64,000 nt of DNA from a virus (lineage: Duplodnaviria; Heunggongvirae; Uroviricota; Caudoviricetes): IMG/VR virus record IMGVR_UViG_3300046518_000157, positions 24,398 to 88,397 of that record; one strand, written 5' to 3'. The position numbers were made by a program, and so were the translations under genes. A model generated the notes under the pieces. It was not told the origin of the DNA. It was given only the letters and a program-made list of their open reading frames with translations, and did not search any database. This document shows, in pieces, positions 16,306 through 26,085 of this stretch (its first letter is position 1; each line of letters opens with the position of its first letter).

Positions 16306-17886
16306 TTAATTGCCAGGTCCATAGAGATTTATAGTAAAACTTACAGCATCCGTCAACGCATCTGAGAGCGTAATCGTAACTACATTACCACTTACAGTCA
16401 TTTCTGCATTAGCCCCGCCTAGATCATTATCTGTACGGAACTGTGGGAACCAGTTTGAACGACTGCATGTTTCAAAGTCCAAAGCAGTGTAAGTCGCACT
16501 TAGCGAACCGGCAGGGATATTAATCACTGGCAGGTTATATGTTTGCGGAATAATACGTGCACGTGTTGTACCTGACAGGAATGTCTTTCCTGCAGCAGGA
16601 AGGTTGTGTAGTCTCGTAGCTGAAATGCCACGTGAGCTACTATTATTAACCTTGATGACACCAGAAGTAAATGCCGATAGTGTTCCAGCACCACCAGACT
16701 CTAGAGTATCATTAAGATCAAGACCTTCAATGTATCCAGCCTTGATTGCGAAGTCTTGAGCTTCACTAGGAATCACTGCTGCACCACTTACGAACGAATC
16801 CCAACCACTATCTTCAAGCTTTAGCTGATAGAAGTTTGAATCAGTAGGCAACAGGTTAATAAATGCGTTACCGAGTCGCTCACAGCCAATACGCCTCCAT
16901 CTACTAGAGACCGTCATACCGGCTGTTACTGTAGATGCTAGACGGGGATCAAGAACATTGTCCTGATAGACGAAGTAAGGCGCATAGCCATTAAAGTAAT
17001 CGTCCATGTCTGCATGTACGCCGAAGCTACCATTTCTCGGCAGATAAAATGCTGCACGTTGTTCTGCGTTACTGGAACATTCTTTCCATGTCCAGTCGCC
17101 ACCAGTGCTTAGGATATTCCACGTTGCGAAATTACCTGTTGCACCGACGTTATCAAGTGAGCTGTGACCGTCATTAGTCCAAGCTGTATATGCGAAACGC
17201 ACGCCTGTTACGAAGAGATCTTTAGCATCGAACTTGTGATTACCACCATTACCGAAAATAATGCCATCCATCAAACAACCGGTCGTTCCAATTACTGCAC
17301 CCTTCTGACCAGGACCCATAATCTTGAAGCCACGATACTTAGCTGTGTCAAGCTTCCTTGGACCGTTGTACATCTGTAGACATGCAGTGCCAGCACCCAT
17401 GTCTTGTGACCAACGAAGAATTACACCGTCGTTCTGCCCACCCATTCTGTAAGATGAGCAAATGATGTGTTTATCAACTGATTTGAGTTGTACGCCAGAG
17501 CATAGGTACATGCCCCGAACCAGTTTAACGTTTGCGGTTAGAGGCGAATCAAGAGCCGCTTGGACTTTTGTACCTGTTTGGCTTAGGCCAGTGAAGTCAG
17601 CGCCATACCATACTGCTGAGTGATAATCATTGTAGATAGCGCCAGCGATAGTGCCACCCTTAGACAGATCAAAGATCGTCTGATAATCGCTTGCGTCGAT
17701 AAACGCATTTAGAAAGGTTACTACTACACCTGCTGCTGGTTGAAGGACCCCACCTTCATCGAAGATACAACGTCCGCTAAACGTTGTGTTAGCTACTACT
17801 GGGGTTAGACCTGATATACGAGTTACGTTCATGTTTGTACACTTTAAGTTAGGGTGATGCTTATATGCAGAGAGCATGTAAGACAC
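16306..17886 (-). CDS. Large hypothetical protein, Gly/Thr/Ser/Asn-rich (possibly beta-helical)
   Basis: 526-aa ORF with no recognised catalytic motif. Confidence 0.5.
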   Translation of the reverse strand: MSYMLSAYKHHPNLKCTNMNVTRISGLTPVVANTTFSGRCIFDEGGVLQPAAGVVVTFLNAFIDASDYQTIFDLSKGGTIAGAIYNDYHSAVWYGADFTGLSQTGTKVQAALDSPLTANVKLVRGMYLCSGVQLKSVDKHIICSSYRMGGQNDGVILRWSQDMGAGTACLQMYNGPRKLDTAKYRGFKIMGPGQKGAVIGTTGCLMDGIIFGNGGNHKFDAKDLFVTGVRFAYTAWTNDGHSSLDNVGATGNFATWNILSTGGDWTWKECSSNAEQRAAFYLPRNGSFGVHADMDDYFNGYAPYFVYQDNVLDPRLASTVTAGMTVSSRWRRIGCERLGNAFINLLPTDSNFYQLKLEDSGWDSFVSGAAVIPSEAQDFAIKAGYIEGLDLNDTLESGGAGTLSAFTSGVIKVNNSSSRGISATRLHNLPAAGKTFLSGTTRARIIPQTYNLPVINIPAGSLSATYTALDFETCSRSNWFPQFRTDNDLGGANAEMTVSGNVVTITLSDALTDAVSFTINLYGPGN

Positions 17887-17928
17887 CTACCCTAAACATA
17901 AAAGTAAGTACTATTCCTACAACTCTCT

Positions 17929-17938
17929 TATACCAAAA
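17929..17938 (-). promoter_or_regulatory. Promoter-like motif TTGGTATAAG (minus), upstream of gene 16306..17886
   Basis: Plus-strand cttataccaa. Confidence 0.45.
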
Positions 17939-17951
17939 TTAGGCTTTGTAA

Positions 17952-18593
17952 TTAAAGTCCGGACCGGTAATATCTGGATTCTTTTAGATACTTTTTAGAT
18001 TCCTTTAGAAGATGTTTCTTCAAGATATCCCATTGGCTCCATTCAAAAGTACACTGAGCCGTGCTCGGGGTATAAGGTTGTTTCAGATGAATATGTTTCC
18101 ACTGAGGATCCACGGCACCAGTAATCACAGGTTTATCATCAATGAGATAATCCCCGCGAACTACAGTTTTATCCTTTGTAAGGATCATTCGTTTAAGCCA
18201 GAAATCTCCGAGGATTTTCTTAACCCACTGAGCCTTCTCAGAATGACAGAGCAGGTCTTCAAAGTCAAGTTCAGGGGCGCTACAGATGTAAGGTTCGATA
18301 AAGTCCTTACAATTCTCTTCAATGTCCTTCATCGCCTCAATTGAACCAGGAATGGTTTCAAGTGAAGCATAGAAACCTTTCGTACGGGGAATCTTGAGAA
18401 GATCTTCCCGGTGTTCTTCCGGAAACAACCCTTCAATGAAAAACTCTGTTACATCTTCTTGCTTGGGAACGAACCGGTCAGGGTACTTTTCTGCATACGT
18501 GCTCAGTACACGCTTGGTCCAATCGGCTTGAACGCCGTCCATGTCAATCAACAGAATTACTTTATTAGTCATCAATTTCCCCGAAGAATACAA
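17952..18593 (-). CDS. 5'(3')-deoxyribonucleotidase (HAD family)
   Basis: N-terminal ILLIDMDGVQADW (DxDGV) motif, length and overall pattern typical of phage/bacterial dNMP nucleotidases. Confidence 0.55.
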   Translation of the reverse strand: MYSSGKLMTNKVILLIDMDGVQADWTKRVLSTYAEKYPDRFVPKQEDVTEFFIEGLFPEEHREDLLKIPRTKGFYASLETIPGSIEAMKDIEENCKDFIEPYICSAPELDFEDLLCHSEKAQWVKKILGDFWLKRMILTKDKTVVRGDYLIDDKPVITGAVDPQWKHIHLKQPYTPSTAQCTFEWSQWDILKKHLLKESKKYLKESRYYRSGL

Positions 18594-18719
18594 AAAGAAT
18601 ACAACAGATTACTACTACGATTTCAATCGCTGCTGTTACGTAGTTACCCCAACCAATTGCTAGACCAGCAATAAAAGCATTTAGTAAAGCAATGCTTAGT
18701 AAAGTCTTATGTGGCATGT

Positions 18720-18938
18720 TCACCTCGTTATTACCTCAGCTTCAGTTTCCAGCCACACTCGTGCTCCACATGATAGAGGTTTGTCAGGCGAGTATACCAG
18801 TTTGGAGGGGCCGTTGATTTCTACTTCACGACATTTCGTGTTTGACTTATAAGTCTTTACGCTAATAACAGGCAAGTCAGTACCGTTCTTACGGTTTGCT
18901 CTGATAGCGTGTTGGTCAATATGAATTCTGCTTTTCAT
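18720..18938 (-). CDS. Hypothetical small protein
   Basis: 72-aa ORF. Confidence 0.35.
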   Translation of the reverse strand: MKSRIHIDQHAIRANRKNGTDLPVISVKTYKSNTKCREVEINGPSKLVYSPDKPLSCGARVWLETEAEVITR

Positions 18939-18940
18939 TG

Positions 18941-18974
18941 TTAAACAAAAAAGAAAGCCCGAGAATACCCGGGC
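18941..18974 (-). terminator. Rho-independent terminator
   Basis: Hairpin agcccg-agaatac-cgggct followed, on the minus strand, by a T-rich run. Confidence 0.55.
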
Positions 18975-18984
18975 TTGAAATTTA

Positions 18985-19263
18985 TTAACTACCCTTCTGT
19001 CCAGCCCTTGCTTCTGTCGAATTCACCAACTCTTCGAGCGTAGACTTCAATCCTGAAATCGACTCGGACAGTGCCTTGCTGGCTTCCCGTTGTTCGTCTT
19101 GACGACGAACGTAGCCTGCGACGAACATGTTCAGCAGTTCAGCACGAACAAGCATTGTTTGACCAGGAGTCAATTGGATTTCTCCAAGCTCAATGGTCTC
19201 CATTGCCGAGTCGATCATGCCGTTCATGTGTTCAACCGTTTTCGAAGCGTTTACCGTCATCAT
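18985..19263 (-). CDS. Hypothetical protein
   Basis: 92-aa ORF. Confidence 0.4.
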   Translation of the reverse strand: MMTVNASKTVEHMNGMIDSAMETIELGEIQLTPGQTMLVRAELLNMFVAGYVRRQDEQREASKALSESISGLKSTLEELVNSTEARAGQKGS

Positions 19264-19283
19264 TTTCAGTTCCTGTTATTAAA

Positions 19284-19640
19284 TTAAACTTCGATGTTGA
19301 TGCGGCCATAGTTCTGACGCGAGAACATATGGTACGGAAAGCCGAGTTCCGGCGAGTAGTGCGTGCGGTTCAAGAACTCTTGCACACCTTCGTCCCAGAA
19401 GATTTGGTGCGCTGCGATATCCGGATGCGGCTGATCCGCAAACACAGTATGGAAGGTGGGGAAATGCAAGTCGGTGAGCTGAACTGCAATTCGCTCTTGC
19501 AAGTGGAACGAGCTTTGCAGTTTGTACGCAACCCTGTCTTTCCAGGCTTCGGTATTCATTTTGCACTGCGTATAAGCAACGCAGATAATCGCCAGCGTGA
19601 AGATTGCGAAAATCACAAGAATCAGTTGAACGATAAACAT
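19284..19640 (-). CDS. Small membrane protein
   Basis: N-terminal transmembrane segment MFIVQLILVIFAIFTLAIICVAY. Confidence 0.4.
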   Translation of the reverse strand: MFIVQLILVIFAIFTLAIICVAYTQCKMNTEAWKDRVAYKLQSSFHLQERIAVQLTDLHFPTFHTVFADQPHPDIAAHQIFWDEGVQEFLNRTHYSPELGFPYHMFSRQNYGRINIEV

Positions 19641-19695
19641 TTTTGGTTAGGTCCTTAGGTCGATGAAAAATAATATAATTTTCTACTACAAGATT

Positions 19696-19705
19696 CTTAT
19701 ACCAA
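19696..19705 (-). promoter_or_regulatory. Promoter-like motif TTGGTATAAG (minus)
   Basis: Plus-strand cttataccaa, 55 nt upstream of the start at 19640. Confidence 0.45.
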
Positions 19706-19721
19706 GTTTGTATCGAAAAAC

Positions 19722-19758
19722 TAAAAAAAGAACAAATGAAAACGGAGCCGAAGCTCCG
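19722..19758 (-). terminator. Rho-independent terminator
   Basis: Hairpin cggagc-cgaa-gctccg followed, on the minus strand, by a T-rich run. Confidence 0.55.
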
Positions 19759-19762
19759 TGTG

Positions 19763-19951
19763 TTAGTCGTTTTCTAACATGTCCTTAGCTTTCGCCAAGG
19801 CTTTGCTGATAGAGTAAAACCGATTACCCTGACACCAGTTGCAACTGCCGTGATTACGACATGTACGGTCCACGCTTTTGGCATAGTTATACTTGTAAAC
19901 ACGACGGTTGTCTTTGCGGTTAGGATAGTTCTTATCAGTTTCAAAAGCCAT
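19763..19951 (-). CDS. Small Cys-rich protein
   Basis: CRNHGSCNWCQGNRF. Confidence 0.35.
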   Translation of the reverse strand: MAFETDKNYPNRKDNRRVYKYNYAKSVDRTCRNHGSCNWCQGNRFYSISKALAKAKDMLEND

Positions 19952-19991
19952 GAGTAACTCCGTATAGAATTATTTCATAGCAATTCTCCTT

Positions 19992-21398
19992 TTATATTGC
20001 AGCGTTCCTGCGAACTTCATTGAACGTCAGTTCCTTCACGAGCTTACCACCAGTGTACACGACTTCGAGATGATCGTCACGACCCATTGCATTTTCACGA
20101 CGGATCGTAGTCAGTTCACCGCTTTCGTCACTGACAAGTGCCAGACGCCCCTTCTTGCTAGTCTTGCCACCAGCAACAGGATCCTTGTACACGTCATTCC
20201 ACTTGCCATCGATTTGAATTGCCGAAGCCTTCATTGCAAAGCCAAACGTATCACGGTCAAGCTTCTGGTGAAGAGCACCACCCATACCGAATGCAACGTT
20301 CTCAGCACTGAAACCATCCATCTTCAGAGCTGTGAGAATAGCTGCGATTGAGATCGGGTTTACACCGTCGCCTTGGATGACACGAACCTTGTTCAGGACT
20401 TTGAACCCTTTACCGTTCGTCGCGTATCCGAACTTGTCTGCGAGAATCCCAACAACCGTCCTAACAACCGACACCGGATCTCCGGAATCAGGTCTAACAA
20501 CGAGAGTACCAGGCAAAGCAAGGACAAAATCACGAAGGGTATCGCCCCAGACGTTTTTGACAGCATTAAAGATGTCGTAACTATCAGAGACAACTGCGAA
20601 AAGGCCACTGCCGAACTTCTCAGCCATATTACGATATGCGTCCGCTTCTCCTGAACGCCCCCAACTAGTAATAGTACTATGCTCAGCAGCAGGGATGCTA
20701 AACCCAAGAGAATCACGTTCTGCTCCGTAGAATTGATGAGCGTACTCCATGCCGAGCATGGTGTCCGTACCCATGAAGTTCACCAAGTGTGCGGCACCAG
20801 CAATAGCAGAAGTTTCTGCAGAACTAGCACCACGAGCACCGAAGTCATGAAGCTTAAAAGGAAGCTCGTCAAGCGGCTTATCGCACGTATCGACCAGTCC
20901 TTTGAAGATGATTTCTTTACAGTGACGGCTGATCGTCGCAACTGTGGTACCAAACCAGGCCGCACGAAGGATTTGCGTTTCATAGAATGAACCCATCCAA
21001 AGCATTTCGGGATCGTGACATTCGACGTCAATGATAGCATTGCCGATAGGCACTTGCGTACCTTCAGCTACAGCACGGATCGTGATAGGCGCACGACCTC
21101 CGTACACTTCCACCACTTTACGGAATGCGCCTTCTGCAAACGGCTCTCCGTGAAGCTTACAGATACGTCCTGCTTCAATCACGTCGTCAAGCGCAATCGG
21201 AGTCAGAAGGTGATCCTTGATGTAGCCTTGAAGGCCAAACGGAGTTACGTGTGTGATACCGAAACCGCTATTGTCCTTACGGGGTTCTACGTAAGAAGAC
21301 AGAGCAGTTGCACCAGCCGGGTATTGCAGGAAATGGCTGTGCTTGTATGAATCGGTATTGAGAAGCGGATTGATTTTGAATTGTGACATTATTAACAC
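19992..21398 (-). CDS. nadV: Nicotinamide phosphoribosyltransferase (NAMPT/NadV)
   Basis: LLNTDSYKHSHFLQYP, KLHDFGARGASS, SIPAAEHSTITSWG, VVSDSYDIFNA, RPDSGDP, VIQGDGV and KKGRLAL all match NAMPT conserved blocks. Confidence 0.85.
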   Translation of the reverse strand: MLIMSQFKINPLLNTDSYKHSHFLQYPAGATALSSYVEPRKDNSGFGITHVTPFGLQGYIKDHLLTPIALDDVIEAGRICKLHGEPFAEGAFRKVVEVYGGRAPITIRAVAEGTQVPIGNAIIDVECHDPEMLWMGSFYETQILRAAWFGTTVATISRHCKEIIFKGLVDTCDKPLDELPFKLHDFGARGASSAETSAIAGAAHLVNFMGTDTMLGMEYAHQFYGAERDSLGFSIPAAEHSTITSWGRSGEADAYRNMAEKFGSGLFAVVSDSYDIFNAVKNVWGDTLRDFVLALPGTLVVRPDSGDPVSVVRTVVGILADKFGYATNGKGFKVLNKVRVIQGDGVNPISIAAILTALKMDGFSAENVAFGMGGALHQKLDRDTFGFAMKASAIQIDGKWNDVYKDPVAGGKTSKKGRLALVSDESGELTTIRRENAMGRDDHLEVVYTGGKLVKELTFNEVRRNAAI

Positions 21399-21442
21399 CT
21401 CGTTAATTAGAATGCCCAGAATCTATTTCTGGGACTTTTGTT

Positions 21443-22600
21443 TTAGATACCAAGCATCTTGCGAATGATCGATGAGTGATCTTCGAAGATCAGTTCAGCG
21501 TGACTTAGTACATAGTCGATCTCGTACCAGTCTGTAGCCTTTTGCAAAGCGGTGCTTGCGACTGCATCGTCGCCACCCTTTACCTTAGGAAGCCCCGGCT
21601 TTTTGTCCGACTTATCCAGGTCAAAAAGAAAAGCGTGCGAAATAGTGCGCCCACGCAAACTACGGCCAGGATGATCAAAAACAACACCGGCAGACATACT
21701 ACCGCTAAGAAGACCTCTTGGAAGGTCAATCGAAGTTTCCTCTTGTAATTCACGGATCGCCGCATCTTCAAGCCTTTCATTTTGTTCCAGGAATCCTCCG
21801 GGTAATGCAAGGAGTCCTTCCCCCGGTGCAGCTTTACGCTTCACCATCAAAATATGACCAGCCTTCTTGACAATCGCATCGACAGTCACAAAGGTAGGTG
21901 CATACGGTGCTGCTTTCCAGGAGTCTTTGTACTTCTGCACCATCTTGTATTCACGTCCAAGACGCAGATACTCCGGAGTTTTGATGAACTCCTTGATGAA
22001 GCTAAAAGTGTACTCCGGAACCAAACTTTTGAGAAGCTCAATGAAACCAGGCTTCTCAAAGATTACTTCACGGATAGCTGTAGCATCAAAGCCAAGCTTG
22101 ACTTCGTCTACTGCAACGTAATCGTACTGCGGAAAGAGATCAAGGTAGTACGAGCTTTCGTCTTTCTTGTTACCGACGATTGCAACCTTGCTTTTTACAT
22201 CTTTGTCTGTCCAACCCTTTCCTGCCAAGAGAACAGTTGCTACTTCGTTTTGCACGGAAGTAACCCACTCATCATCTGAGTAGAGGTTATCCACAAGCGG
22301 AGCCGTGAAAATGTTCGAAGTACCAGCCGCTTGAATAACCATTTGCGAACGTTCATCGTACGTAAATGGATTCTTGATAGTGCGTGGTGCGTGCGAAGAA
22401 CCGATAAGAACCAATACCTTGTCAGCCACCATGAACGCCTTATTCAAAAGGATCTGGTGACCTACATGCAAGGGTTCGAAACGACCAATGACTACAGCCA
22501 GGTCGTATTGATTTTCTTCTGTGGATACTGCAAGTTGTTTACTGCCAAAAGTAGCTGCGTACATTTCAGCCACTTCATGATAAAGTTTACTATGTGACAT
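21443..22600 (-). CDS. nadM: Bifunctional NMN adenylyltransferase/ADP-ribose pyrophosphatase (NadM-Nudix)
   Basis: N-terminal nucleotidyltransferase motif VIGRFEPLHVGHQ (HxGH) and C-terminal Nudix box LPGGFLEQNERLEDAAIRELQEETSI. Confidence 0.8.
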   Translation of the reverse strand: MSHSKLYHEVAEMYAATFGSKQLAVSTEENQYDLAVVIGRFEPLHVGHQILLNKAFMVADKVLVLIGSSHAPRTIKNPFTYDERSQMVIQAAGTSNIFTAPLVDNLYSDDEWVTSVQNEVATVLLAGKGWTDKDVKSKVAIVGNKKDESSYYLDLFPQYDYVAVDEVKLGFDATAIREVIFEKPGFIELLKSLVPEYTFSFIKEFIKTPEYLRLGREYKMVQKYKDSWKAAPYAPTFVTVDAIVKKAGHILMVKRKAAPGEGLLALPGGFLEQNERLEDAAIRELQEETSIDLPRGLLSGSMSAGVVFDHPGRSLRGRTISHAFLFDLDKSDKKPGLPKVKGGDDAVASTALQKATDWYEIDYVLSHAELIFEDHSSIIRKMLGI

Positions 22601-22659
22601 TCGAGCCTCTCGAAAGTTAAAAGAAGCGGTAACTCTCTGCTACCGCTGATAAATCAATT

Positions 22660-23127
22660 TTACTCGGATTTGCCGAGATTATCAAGCATGCTTTTCACAG
22701 ACTCCATGCTGATACCCTTAAGCGGAGATTCTTCACCACCTTCAACCGACTTGATGACCAGGTTGTGTTCAAGCATAAGGTCCGTCAGTTCGAAAAGCGC
22801 CTTCTCGAAGTTTGATGCAAAGCGCTCGCAGTCAGCCTTCATTTCGTCAAGCTTGAAGTTCTCCCACAGCCCTTCGGTAACTTTGAGTTCCGCTTCCGAC
22901 ATGAATTCCTTCGTCGCTTGGAAACGCCTCCAGCTACGCTCGGTCTGCTCCACCAACTTACGTTCTTGCATTGCAAGGCCGTGAACGGTCTTACGCATGT
23001 CGTTGAAAATGTCGTCAATGCTCTTGCCAGGAGCTTCGCCTACGAGTTCCAACTTGTCTTCCTTTTCTTCGATGACGAAGCAAGAAACGCCAATCGGGAT
23101 GATGATGTAGTTACCGGACTTGATCAT
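22660..23127 (-). CDS. Hypothetical protein
   Basis: 155-aa ORF. Confidence 0.45.
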   Translation of the reverse strand: MIKSGNYIIIPIGVSCFVIEEKEDKLELVGEAPGKSIDDIFNDMRKTVHGLAMQERKLVEQTERSWRRFQATKEFMSEAELKVTEGLWENFKLDEMKADCERFASNFEKALFELTDLMLEHNLVIKSVEGGEESPLKGISMESVKSMLDNLGKSE

Positions 23128-23187
23128 TTTGAGTCTCCTTAACGCTAAAGAAAAAGTGCCGAAAACGTTATTGTTCCCGACACTGTG

Positions 23188-23197
23188 CTTATACCAA
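23188..23197 (-). promoter_or_regulatory. Promoter-like motif TTGGTATAAG (minus)
   Basis: Plus-strand cttataccaa, 60 nt upstream of the start at 23127. Confidence 0.45.
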
Positions 23198-23204
23198 TAT
23201 TTAG

Positions 23205-24608
23205 TTACTTCTTGACAATGTCTTGCTCACCACGGCGAACAGTCCAGTCATCAACGTCCTTATCATAGAAAACTGGGACACCATAGTCTTCCAGATACTT
23301 ACCAAGTGCCTGAGCAAATGGACGGACAGTAGCGTGAACAGTTTTACCAGAACGAAGTTCAGCTACGTACATAGCTTGTTGAACGGTGTACTTGAAAGCC
23401 ACCTGAACAACATTACCCATCGGGAGAATGTATTGACCGAAAGCTAAGAAAGCTTCGTCGCTTTCACGAACATCCAACCTGTCATACGTATCCTCAATTT
23501 TTTCAAGCAACTCATCAGCCTTCTTCTGAAGTTCAGGCGTAAGATTGTCGTAGTACCAAGGATGAATACCATACTCTCCTGTTACAACTGGCATTGTGCA
23601 GTAGCCATTACGATGACGTTGGATATCCCGGAATGAACCGAAGTCCATTCTAGACTCGGTCCAAATAGTGGTTTGAGAAACAAGGGAATGTTTATGGAGT
23701 TTGGTACGCTTGGGGCGATTTTTAAACCCAGGACACAGAGCCCTGGAATCTTCGTCTTCAATAGCGACAGTAAATGTTCCCAATTCAATAGGGTCTGTTA
23801 TCCTTTCGTAGCCCGTCACCTCTTGATACATAGCGTAGAAGTTCTGGAAGTCAGAGTTAAACTCATACACGTTATTGCCTTCGATGTTCCTAAGCTCACG
23901 CTCAAACTCTTCTTGTGTTGAGCAATTAGCTACGATTGCGTAATCCAGACGGAACGAATTAGGATACTTCATCTGCATCTGTTGATACGCCTTAGCTCCA
24001 AGAACTCGAACTTCCTCAAGCGGATGGTGCATCATCCAAATGAGATGCTCACCAGCGTTGCTAAGTCGTCCAGTCCAAGCCACATTGGTAGTAGCACCGA
24101 CAGGGAGAAAACCACGAAGAATATCAAAAGCACGTGCAGCAATAGCCTTGTCATAGGTAACTAGCTTGTCGCCTTCCTTGATTGGGTACACTGTCTTGAG
24201 ATGAGCCTTCAGAGGCTCAAGACTCTCGACATAGAACTTACGATACTCAGCGTAAAGATTTGCAATCCGACCGCTCATTTCTGAGTTCTTCGGAGCAGGA
24301 TCATAGAAGGGTTGATAGCTGAAATCGATGTAACGTGAGCTACACTCCTGTCCTACGAAAAGAGGGTTATCTTCAATAGCCTTTGCAGCTAGCATTGAGA
24401 TACCCTCGAAATACATTGTTTCAGAACCGCAGTCACCAATAGACGCATGTCCGTATCCCAGGTAGTATCGGGACATGAAATTACTTGAACCGACCTCATC
24501 AATCTTCTTGATGTGATCGGCTACGCTATCGATACTACGTGAGTACAACGCTTGAAGCATTGCGTTGTCTTCTGCATTCATGCAGGTATGAAGGATGATT
24601 CTGGACAT
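23205..24608 (-). CDS. ThyX-like flavin-dependent thymidylate synthase, long form
   Basis: N-terminal half has GHASIGDCGSETMYFEGIS...SSRY, which matches the ThyX block GHASVFEHASATFLVEGIS...SQRY. An RHR motif occurs only in the C-terminal half (DIQRHRNGY), consistent with a duplicated, fused ThyX. Confidence 0.45.
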   Translation of the reverse strand: MSRIILHTCMNAEDNAMLQALYSRSIDSVADHIKKIDEVGSSNFMSRYYLGYGHASIGDCGSETMYFEGISMLAAKAIEDNPLFVGQECSSRYIDFSYQPFYDPAPKNSEMSGRIANLYAEYRKFYVESLEPLKAHLKTVYPIKEGDKLVTYDKAIAARAFDILRGFLPVGATTNVAWTGRLSNAGEHLIWMMHHPLEEVRVLGAKAYQQMQMKYPNSFRLDYAIVANCSTQEEFERELRNIEGNNVYEFNSDFQNFYAMYQEVTGYERITDPIELGTFTVAIEDEDSRALCPGFKNRPKRTKLHKHSLVSQTTIWTESRMDFGSFRDIQRHRNGYCTMPVVTGEYGIHPWYYDNLTPELQKKADELLEKIEDTYDRLDVRESDEAFLAFGQYILPMGNVVQVAFKYTVQQAMYVAELRSGKTVHATVRPFAQALGKYLEDYGVPVFYDKDVDDWTVRRGEQDIVKK

Positions 24609-24820
24609 AATATGTTTTCTTGTTTACTACTTTGTTGTTTTGGGCCTTCTTTCCGAATGTGCCATGCGTCACACTCTTTACAGAAGTAAGCTTTGTACTG
24701 ACCTAACGCACTACCAGTCTTCGGCTTCTGAAACCTATCCTTGCGGGTAAGTCTCACAGCTTCATTCTTTGCAGTAAGTTGATCGTACTTCTTTTCGTGA
24801 CACTTCTTTTCAGTTGACAT
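24578..24820 (-). CDS. Small basic protein
   Basis: 80-aa ORF. Confidence 0.35.
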   Translation of the reverse strand: MSTEKKCHEKKYDQLTAKNEAVRLTRKDRFQKPKTGSALGQYKAYFCKECDAWHIRKEGPKQQSSKQENILCPESSFIPA

Positions 24821-24876
24821 GGTGTGAGCCCCCTTTGAGCGCAGTGGTTTCTGGAATTAGAATTTTTACCATTATC

Positions 24877-24886
24877 CTTATACCAA
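24877..24886 (-). promoter_or_regulatory. Promoter-like motif TTGGTATAAG (minus)
   Basis: Plus-strand cttataccaa. Confidence 0.45.
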
Positions 24887-24903
24887 ATACGCTCTTGGCT
24901 AAT

Positions 24904-24932
24904 CAAAAAAAAAGGCGCTTAGAAACAAGCGC
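24904..24932 (-). terminator. Rho-independent terminator
   Basis: Hairpin ggcgctt-agaaac-aagcgcc followed, on the minus strand, by a T9 run. Confidence 0.6.
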
Positions 24933-24962
24933 CAGAAAGGAGGACCACGATCAAATCTTTGA

Positions 24963-25211
24963 TTAGTTCAGTGTCACACGACTTCCCGTAGGACAATCTT
25001 GAAGAGGACAGGAGCGGTATTCTACCCCGCCACGAAACTCGTGTCCACACTCACCGCATACAGCGATGACGGGATTGTGCAGCGGCGGGTTGATAGGCTT
25101 TTTCGGAATCAGAGGGACTCCGAGACGAGAAGCTTTCTGCTTAGGAGTTTCTTTCTCGAATTCTAAATCAGCAGCTACGAAAGGCTTTTTACCAGGAGGA
25201 TCGATATACAT
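24963..25211 (-). CDS. Small zinc-finger protein
   Basis: CGECGHEF...CPLQDCP. Confidence 0.4.
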   Translation of the reverse strand: MYIDPPGKKPFVAADLEFEKETPKQKASRLGVPLIPKKPINPPLHNPVIAVCGECGHEFRGGVEYRSCPLQDCPTGSRVTLN

Positions 25212-25388
25212 TTAAACTTAGTCCTGCTTGTAGATGATACGAACTTCCCAACCCGGACTGCGCTGAAGAACTTCGTAGTTGGTGATGAGAATTACTTCCC
25301 ACGGATTTCCCATGAACCGACCTTCGTAGCGAAGGACTTCTTGCCCAACTGCGAGGTCAACAGCATCACGAGCAGACATGTTCTACTC

Positions 25389-25661
25389 CTATTTGACTAC
25401 CGGTTCGAGAAGACGAATGAGAGTTGCACGATCACCAGCATTTACTTCTTGCGTAGCATCATTCAACCGGAACAGAAGTCTTTTGAAGGCTTCCTTGTTT
25501 TCCTCGATTTCATAGAGCATCTTTGACTCAGCGTGTTCGAGGCCACAATCCATGCAGAATATTTCACTTAGAGTCATGTTATTCTCCAGCCAGTTCGGAG
25601 GTAAGTTCCTTCTCAAACTGTTTCTTGGTAGTGCGTTTATCTTTGCGGTTTTTATGCTCAC
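25389..25661 (-). CDS. Hypothetical small protein
   Basis: 90-aa ORF. Confidence 0.35.
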   Translation of the reverse strand: MSIKTAKINALPRNSLRRNLPPNWLENNMTLSEIFCMDCGLEHAESKMLYEIEENKEAFKRLLFRLNDATQEVNAGDRATLIRLLEPVVK

Positions 25662-25898
25662 CGCCTGTTTTAGCCTTTACTACCAGGCCTTCGTTTAACT
25701 GCTCGTGCCTCGGAGGTCTTGGTTTAGAGGCTCGTCGTTGAGAGGCCATAAGAAGCGGTATCCTTCACGAAGAATGCGGGTGCGGGCTGCGTAGCGCAAC
25801 TCGCCATTGTCATCAGCATGACCATCAGTACAAATCTGTTCTTGAGTTTCATGATTGGTTTCCATTTTGAATACTGCTCCGATTGGAAAAGCCTTAGG

Positions 25899-25972
25899 CA
25901 TCACTGATTGGACTCGAACCAATTACCCCAAGCTTAGAAGGCTTGTGCTCTATCCGGATGAGCTACAGTGAT
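25899..25972 (-). tRNA. tRNA-Arg (anticodon TCT)
   Basis: Hand-folded cloverleaf: acceptor ATCACTG/CAGTGAT, D-arm GCTC...GAGC, anticodon arm CAAGC-CTTCTAA-GCTTG, T-arm ATTGG-TTCGAGT-CCAAT. Confidence 0.65.
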
Positions 25973-26085
25973 CCTAAGACCTTTCGATTGGTGGACGTGA
26001 CGAGACTCTCACTCGCAAGGGGGACTCAATTCAGCCCCTACCGTATTACGCAGGTTCGGCCTGCTACGATTCGCACGCCCATAGA

